This document shows positions 58,500-64,000 of a stretch of DNA of 64,000 nucleotides, in pieces. Location: NCBI GenBank assembly GCA_044440125.1, contig JBITAJ010000011.1, positions 1 through 64,000 of the forward strand, read 5' to 3'. This DNA is from Sedimentisphaeraceae bacterium JB056 (GTDB lineage Bacteria > Planctomycetota > Phycisphaerae > Sedimentisphaerales > Sedimentisphaeraceae). A program made the translations under genes and the position numbers. The number at the start of each line of letters is the position of its first letter. The stretch's first letter is position 1. Under the pieces are notes generated by a model. That model was not told the origin of the DNA, ran no database searches, and worked only from the letters and a program-made list of their open reading frames with translations.

Positions 58500-61298
58500 T
58501 CAGTTGTCAAAATCAGGCGTAAGAGCCATTCTCCAACTGTCCCCGCCGTCATCGGTTAGTATTATAGACATCTCAGAAGGCTGAGGATTATAGAATTCGT
58601 ACTGTTTGGTCGTACTCGCGGCGGTTCCCACAGGTATGCTGCCATTTTCAACATCGAATTCCTTCTCAGTATTGAGCCACGTATTAATATAAGACATATA
58701 TTCATCTTTGAAAACACAAATCTGAGGGGATTGCGAATAATATGTCAGGAAAAGCCTGTCCATTGCCGGATCGTAGGCGACTCTGTGCCTCCAAACCTTG
58801 TAATAGGCCTTGTAAGGTATCAACAGATGCTCATCACTTTCCCAGCTCTGGCCGGCCTTTTTACGGTGCATTGTCAGGCGGAAATAATAACCGGGGTTGG
58901 AGCATCTGGTTATTACATAGATCGTATCGTTGCTGTCGCAGTTGATCGAACAATATGTAGTTCCTTCACTGATCGAAGCCGGAGTGCTCCAATTGGATAT
59001 ATTATATGCCTGAGTTGAATAGAGGTATTTGAACGGATTATGGTGAGCCCCTATTACAACATGGAAAATCCCGCTGCTGTCGACAGTTATCGCCGGGAAG
59101 TTGTGGTTATCCTGCGAATTGATGCCGCCAAAGCCTATATGGACCGGGGACCCAAGCTGTTTTGTAGCAATATCATACTCAACCGCAAAAGAAGGTACGC
59201 CGTCATCCTGAGTATATCCGGGGAGGGTAACCATTCTGGCGTATACGATATATACTTTTCCGTTGGCGGTTATTGCCGCGTTGCCGTCACCTGAATGATA
59301 CATAAAACCGATGCAGTCGGTATCTATCTGGACGGGTGTGGGGATAACAAGGCTGCCGTCAACCTGAGTTTCAGGAATAGTGATATAGTTGGTACAGGGG
59401 CTGTAGCCGCTGGAGAGTAAAATTACAGGCGGCCTGTTGAGGCAATCCTCATTGTGGCCATCCCTTTTCTCAAACCTGGCGAAAGGATACGGAAGCTGAT
59501 AGGCACTCCAGCTCTGCATATTATCATTGGAATGAAGCAGCAGGCCTACGTAAGTATTCGTGTCGTTCTGACGTGTGGCCAGGAAATGACTGAGCATATA
59601 GGCATCACCGTCCGCATCGAACCTTATCACCGGATCATTAGCCGAACCGGTATTCCTCATTTCGTAAGTTTTGAAGTTGAGGGTATTGAGCATATAACTT
59701 TCGATAGTATCATTCAGATCGTCATACTGCCACTGACCGTCATCAACATCCTGGATTATCGCAGAGCCGTATTGCATATATGCTTTGCCGTCCTCATTGA
59801 AGCTCACATAAGCCGGCTGGAAACGAGGATAATAATCGAGCAGAGCTCTTTCGGCCTTGAAATACGGTTGGTAGGTGATCGGAGTGTCAATATCGACGCC
59901 GGGTGTTATGTCCCTTACAAAAACAGAACCCTTGCCGCCGGTTGAGATGTCGGTGATCTTCACGATAAACTCGTAAGTATGGAGCCTCAATATCGCATAC
60001 TCACCGTTGCTTGTAGTCAGGGTACCATGATTGGCGTTCTGAAGCTTGATATCGCCCCCGGGCATAATATCCACATAGAAACCGGGCCGTACTTCACTGA
60101 AAAAGCCGAATTTCATATTCTGATTGTTAGGCGTAACAACGAATTTCGCATATATTTCATCGTCAGAATCGGTGATCGTATTAGTAAAATCTTTCTTTGC
60201 CTGCAGATAACCGCTGATAACTTTTGCACTTTTCCCATATTCGGTCATGTACGCGTCATCGTAAATAAGGTTATCAATATCCGTGCTGTTGATGGCATAC
60301 CAGCCGCCAGTGGAAAGACTGTCATCTGCAGTTCCTTCTTCAAAATCCGCTGACACGACTTTTTCCGGCATTGTTCCTTCACAAAGTTCTATATAGTCAA
60401 AATAACCGTTGTACTGCCCGCGAACATATAAAGCATCAAAAGTTGACGGCTTTACATAAGTTGCAGTGTTGAGAAAGTTAAGCGAAACATCCTGAAGACC
60501 GGTAAGAGCGGTATACTGACTCTCACCGTCGGTAATATTTCGAACCTTTACCCAACCTTTACCGCCGTTGGATATATTTGTAAACTCCACAACGAACTCA
60601 TAACACTTGTAATCTGATATAGTATAGTTGTGCGTGCTTGTGTATTCAGTTCCATAATTCGCTGCTTTAAGCTTTATTTCTCCTCCTGAAACAACTGAAT
60701 CAGGATTAATATTAAGATAAAAACCCGGACGAGTTTCGCCAAAAAAACCAAATCTCATATTCTGGTAACCAAATGTAACAATGAATCTGGCGTAAAATTC
60801 CGGGGTTGAATCTGTAATAGAATGGTCAAATATTTTCTTGGCCTGAAGATAACTGGTAGTAACCTTTCCGCTTCTGCCAAAATCACTGTTTGGAGAATCG
60901 GCAACAATAAAATTATCTATATCGGTCTGGTACAAAGCTTCCCAGCCGCTGCAATCCTGAGAATAACCATCACCGCCATTCTCAAAATCTTCTTTCACGA
61001 TAACGTTCTGAACAGAGCCTATCCCCAATTCAACATAATCGAACCAGCCGTTATACTGGCCTCTTAAGAATATTGACTCAAAATTGGAAGGCTTTGAAAA
61101 ATCAGTAACATCGGAAAAGTTCATCGAGATATCCTGAAGAGATGCGATGGGCGTATACTCGATTTCCGGGGAACATATCTCCGGGAAGCCGTGATTAATT
61201 ACGCCCGAATCAAAAGGCAGCACAGTTTCGGTATAGGCCGCCGCGAAGGATACGGACAAAACAGATAAGATCAAAAACATTTTCGTAATATTCAACAT
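58500..61298 (-). CDS. Secreted BNR-4/beta-propeller-like protein with ~420-aa internal repeat insertion
   Basis: C-terminal ~465 aa closely parallel 61981-63516; Asp-box-like TDDGGDSW; start at ATG 61298 after AAGGAG. Confidence 0.82.
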   Translation of the reverse strand: MLNITKMFLILSVLSVSFAAAYTETVLPFDSGVINHGFPEICSPEIEYTPIASLQDISMNFSDVTDFSKPSNFESIFLRGQYNGWFDYVELGIGSVQNVIVKEDFENGGDGYSQDCSGWEALYQTDIDNFIVADSPNSDFGRSGKVTTSYLQAKKIFDHSITDSTPEFYARFIVTFGYQNMRFGFFGETRPGFYLNINPDSVVSGGEIKLKAANYGTEYTSTHNYTISDYKCYEFVVEFTNISNGGKGWVKVRNITDGESQYTALTGLQDVSLNFLNTATYVKPSTFDALYVRGQYNGYFDYIELCEGTMPEKVVSADFEEGTADDSLSTGGWYAINSTDIDNLIYDDAYMTEYGKSAKVISGYLQAKKDFTNTITDSDDEIYAKFVVTPNNQNMKFGFFSEVRPGFYVDIMPGGDIKLQNANHGTLTTSNGEYAILRLHTYEFIVKITDISTGGKGSVFVRDITPGVDIDTPITYQPYFKAERALLDYYPRFQPAYVSFNEDGKAYMQYGSAIIQDVDDGQWQYDDLNDTIESYMLNTLNFKTYEMRNTGSANDPVIRFDADGDAYMLSHFLATRQNDTNTYVGLLLHSNDNMQSWSAYQLPYPFARFEKRDGHNEDCLNRPPVILLSSGYSPCTNYITIPETQVDGSLVIPTPVQIDTDCIGFMYHSGDGNAAITANGKVYIVYARMVTLPGYTQDDGVPSFAVEYDIATKQLGSPVHIGFGGINSQDNHNFPAITVDSSGIFHVVIGAHHNPFKYLYSTQAYNISNWSTPASISEGTTYCSINCDSNDTIYVITRCSNPGYYFRLTMHRKKAGQSWESDEHLLIPYKAYYKVWRHRVAYDPAMDRLFLTYYSQSPQICVFKDEYMSYINTWLNTEKEFDVENGSIPVGTAASTTKQYEFYNPQPSEMSIILTDDGGDSWRMALTPDFDN

Positions 61299-61318
61299 TT
61301 TTTGCTCCTTAAAAATCA

Positions 61319-61939
61319 TTACTGACAGTTTATATCATCAATATACAGGACCGTATAGGGATTGGGCTGTATGCCGAAAAACTTGGTCATAAAGCCTATC
61401 TTGCTTACGTTATCCCAGCCGTCGGGGGTTTCGTAATCATCAAAATCTACGAGATCGACGCTTACCTGCTGCCAACCGCTCCAGTCAATAGTGATATCGG
61501 TATAGTAAAAATCCTTACAGTCGGTAAATGTGCTGTCGCTCTCCACCATAAAATACATCTTTTCGCCCGTCGGAACTTCGGAATATATCCAGAAGCTTAC
61601 CGAGCTGTAGCTGCTCCAGTCCGTTTCTACATAATCAGTCGTCAAAGTCGGAAACTGGTTGTGCCTGGTCCATTTGAGCGAATACTGCCCCTGCTTTATA
61701 TACGATGTAGCGGGATTTCTTGAGATACCGTTGCGAAGCAGGTTGTATGAGCCTGATTCCACGATCTCGCACCGCAGCTCACTTAAAGTGAACTCCGAGA
61801 GGTCGGCTTCGGTAACCCATACATTTGAGGTTACTTCACAGTCCATTGCCTCCTGAACGGTAACCGCCATGATACATGCCGGCAAACACAGCAAGGCACA
61901 AAGAACTAAAACATATTTCATTTTTACATTTTCATTCAT
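61319..61939 (-). CDS. Secreted CBM-like protein, paralog of the N-terminus of 57030-58463
   Basis: Shared WVTEADLS.F.LSELRCE.VESGSY..LRN, KQGQYSLKW and PNPYTVLY.DD; start at 61939 after GAAAGGTGG. Confidence 0.8.
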   Translation of the reverse strand: MNENVKMKYVLVLCALLCLPACIMAVTVQEAMDCEVTSNVWVTEADLSEFTLSELRCEIVESGSYNLLRNGISRNPATSYIKQGQYSLKWTRHNQFPTLTTDYVETDWSSYSSVSFWIYSEVPTGEKMYFMVESDSTFTDCKDFYYTDITIDWSGWQQVSVDLVDFDDYETPDGWDNVSKIGFMTKFFGIQPNPYTVLYIDDINCQ

Positions 61940-61980
61940 CACAAAACCACCTTTCAAAAAAATAATAAAACACAAAACGC

Positions 61981-63516
61981 CTAATTATCAAAATCAGGAG
62001 TAAGAGCAACTCTCCAACTATCACCTCCGTCATCAGTAAGAAGTATGGTCATATCAGAAGCTTGAGGATGGTAGAATTCATACTGCGCAGACGTGGAAGC
62101 AGCGGTTCCGACAGGTATCAGACCGCCTGTTTCAATGTTAAATTCTTTTTCAGTATGAAGCCACGTATTAATATATGAAAGATACTCATCCTTGAACACA
62201 CATATCTGCGGAGATTGTGAATAGTATGTCAGGCAGAGCTTTTCGGTAACCGGGTCGTAGGCAACTTTGTGTCTCCAGACTTTATAATAAGCCTTAAACG
62301 GAATAACCAGATGCTCGTTGCCTTCCCAATTTTGGCCGGCCTTTTTGCGGTGCATAGTGAGACGGAAATAATACCCCGGATCAGAACACCGCGTTATGAC
62401 ATAAAGCGTATCGCTGCTGTCGCAGTTCAATGAGCAATATGTCGTACCGTCGCTGATATCAACGGGCTGGCTCCAGTTTGAAATATTGTAGGTCTGAGTC
62501 GAATACGTGTACATAAACGGGTCGTGATGGCCGCCTATAACTACGTGGAGAATGCCGGTGCTGTCGATAGTTATTGCCGGGAAGTTGTGATTATCCTGGG
62601 AGTTGATACCGCCAAAGCCTATAAGAACGGGAGTACCGATCTGCTTTGTCGCTATGTCATACTCTACCGCGTAGGAGGGTACGCCGTCCTCCTGGGTATA
62701 ACCGGGGAGGGTAGTCATTTTGGCATAAACGATGTAGACTTTTCCGTTTGAAGTTATCGCCGGATTGCCGTCGCCGGAATGATAAGTAAACCCGATGCTG
62801 TCGGTATCAATCACAACGGGTGTGGGAATGACAAGACTGCCGTCGGGCTGCTTTTCCGGTATAGTGATATAGTTGGTGCAAGGGCTATAACCGCTTGAAA
62901 GCATTATGACGGGAGGACGGCTGAGACAATCTGCATTATGGCCGTCCCTTTTTTCGAACCTGGCAAAAGGATAGGGAAGTTTATAAGCAGTCCAGCTTTG
63001 CATATTGTCGCCGGAATGCAAAAGCAGGCCGACGTAAGCAGCGGTATTGTTCTCACGGGTGGTAAGAAAATGACACATCATATAAGCATCACCGTCATTG
63101 TCGAATCTTATGACCGGATCATTGGCCGAACCCTCGTTTCTCATCTCGAAATTCCTGAAGCCGAGAGTGTTTATCAGGTAGTCCTCTACAACATCGGTCA
63201 GATCAGAATATTGCCATTGCCCGTTTGCATCGAGCGATTCGATGATGACCGAGCCGTATTGTAGATAGGCCTTGCCGCTTTCATCAAAGCTCACATAGCC
63301 GGGCTGAAAACGGGGGTAATAATCTAATATCGCCCTCTCCGCTTTGAAGTACGGCTCATACTGGATCGGAGTTGTGATATCAGCCTGAGGATCGATCTCC
63401 GGAAACTGATGATTAAGACAGGAAGAGTCGAAAGGAACGACCGACTGCGTAAAGGCGCAAGCCGCCGATACAACTACGACCGCTATTATAAGTATCGCTT
63501 TAATTTTATTCAACAT
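61981..63516 (-). CDS. Secreted BNR-4/beta-propeller-like protein (possible glycan hydrolase or lyase)
   Basis: Signal peptide; SGDNMQSW and TDDGGDSW Asp-box-like motifs; QDNHNFPAITIDSTGILHVVIGGHH. Confidence 0.8.
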   Translation of the reverse strand: MLNKIKAILIIAVVVVSAACAFTQSVVPFDSSCLNHQFPEIDPQADITTPIQYEPYFKAERAILDYYPRFQPGYVSFDESGKAYLQYGSVIIESLDANGQWQYSDLTDVVEDYLINTLGFRNFEMRNEGSANDPVIRFDNDGDAYMMCHFLTTRENNTAAYVGLLLHSGDNMQSWTAYKLPYPFARFEKRDGHNADCLSRPPVIMLSSGYSPCTNYITIPEKQPDGSLVIPTPVVIDTDSIGFTYHSGDGNPAITSNGKVYIVYAKMTTLPGYTQEDGVPSYAVEYDIATKQIGTPVLIGFGGINSQDNHNFPAITIDSTGILHVVIGGHHDPFMYTYSTQTYNISNWSQPVDISDGTTYCSLNCDSSDTLYVITRCSDPGYYFRLTMHRKKAGQNWEGNEHLVIPFKAYYKVWRHKVAYDPVTEKLCLTYYSQSPQICVFKDEYLSYINTWLHTEKEFNIETGGLIPVGTAASTSAQYEFYHPQASDMTILLTDDGGDSWRVALTPDFDN

Positions 63517-63535
63517 ACGATTAGCCTTATTTCTT

Positions 63536-64000
63536 TCAGTTATTATCTTTATCCTCCGGCTCCAGCGCCCAGAGACGGAAGTTGCGGTATCTGCCTATTG
63601 TCGGCTTCATCTGGCGGAAACCGATCTTGCCGTCGCCGTAGGCTTTGCCGTAACGTTCGGGCTGCTGATCTTTCCAGTCCAGACATATCCTGCCGTTGCC
63701 AAAGAGCTGAATTCTGTTGCCGTCTTTTATCAGGCGGATATGCTGCCAGCCTTCAGCTCCGGGTTCTATCGCTACCGGCCCGGAACCCACGCGGTAAAAC
63801 TTATTATTCTTTCTGAGATTGGAATCGGGCCGCCCCATCTGGAAGTTTTCTATATTGGCAAAATAGGAGACATGATAGCTGAGTATATCTCCGAAGATGT
63901 AATTAACAAACCTTCCGTCGCGTTCATTCAGTGAGGGGGCGAATATATCCTCGCCGTTCTCACCCTTAGCCGCGAAAAAAACTATCGCCAGTCCGTAATA
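63536..64000 (-). CDS. DUF1961/YesU-like protein, 3' part (continues beyond window)
   Basis: Frame open to 64000: YYGLAIVFFAAKGENGEDIF...SYHVSYFA...NLRKN...HIRLIK.G...GKIGFRQM. Confidence 0.7.
   Translation of the reverse strand, partial: YYGLAIVFFAAKGENGEDIFAPSLNERDGRFVNYIFGDILSYHVSYFANIENFQMGRPDSNLRKNNKFYRVGSGPVAIEPGAEGWQHIRLIKDGNRIQLFGNGRICLDWKDQQPERYGKAYGDGKIGFRQMKPTIGRYRNFRLWALEPEDKDNN

Overview
This is a bacterial chromosomal window. Its gene repertoire (H-X9-DG prepilin-type protein, dockerin-like 'D.N.D..V...D....A..WL' motifs, Hanks-type kinase, many sulfatases) suggests Planctomycetota, probably Phycisphaerae; this is an inference. From left to right: (1) the start of an IS66-family transposase with one terminal inverted repeat (1-345), missed by the ORF track; (2) housekeeping and metabolic genes (peptide ABC-binding protein, nitroreductase, DHH phosphoesterase, folP, mtnN, PTS IIA, typA, esterases, M42 peptidase, NUDIX, GGDEF, an aroK-aroC fusion, MFS, cstA, SSS symporter, AraC, zupT, HAD); (3) an operon of a PilT/PilU ATPase, a membrane-anchored PilB/GspE homologue with degenerate catalytic motifs, a CvpA-like protein and a Ser/Thr kinase; (4) a PadR regulator with three paralogous membrane-anchored proteins having conserved ends and divergent middles, plus a REP-like inverted pair; (5) an AT-rich glycan-modification block (38.2-45.0 kb); (6) a prepilin-type gene with a ~300-nt structured leader that can sequester its own Shine-Dalgarno (SD) sequence; (7) tmRNA (ssrA); (8) directly after ssrA, a higher-GC, all-minus-strand polysaccharide/sulfate utilisation block containing a duplicated gene pair into which a ~190-aa module has been inserted, once in circularly permuted form. 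No CRISPR array, rRNA or tRNA was seen. Calls come from reading motifs by eye; no database search was run.
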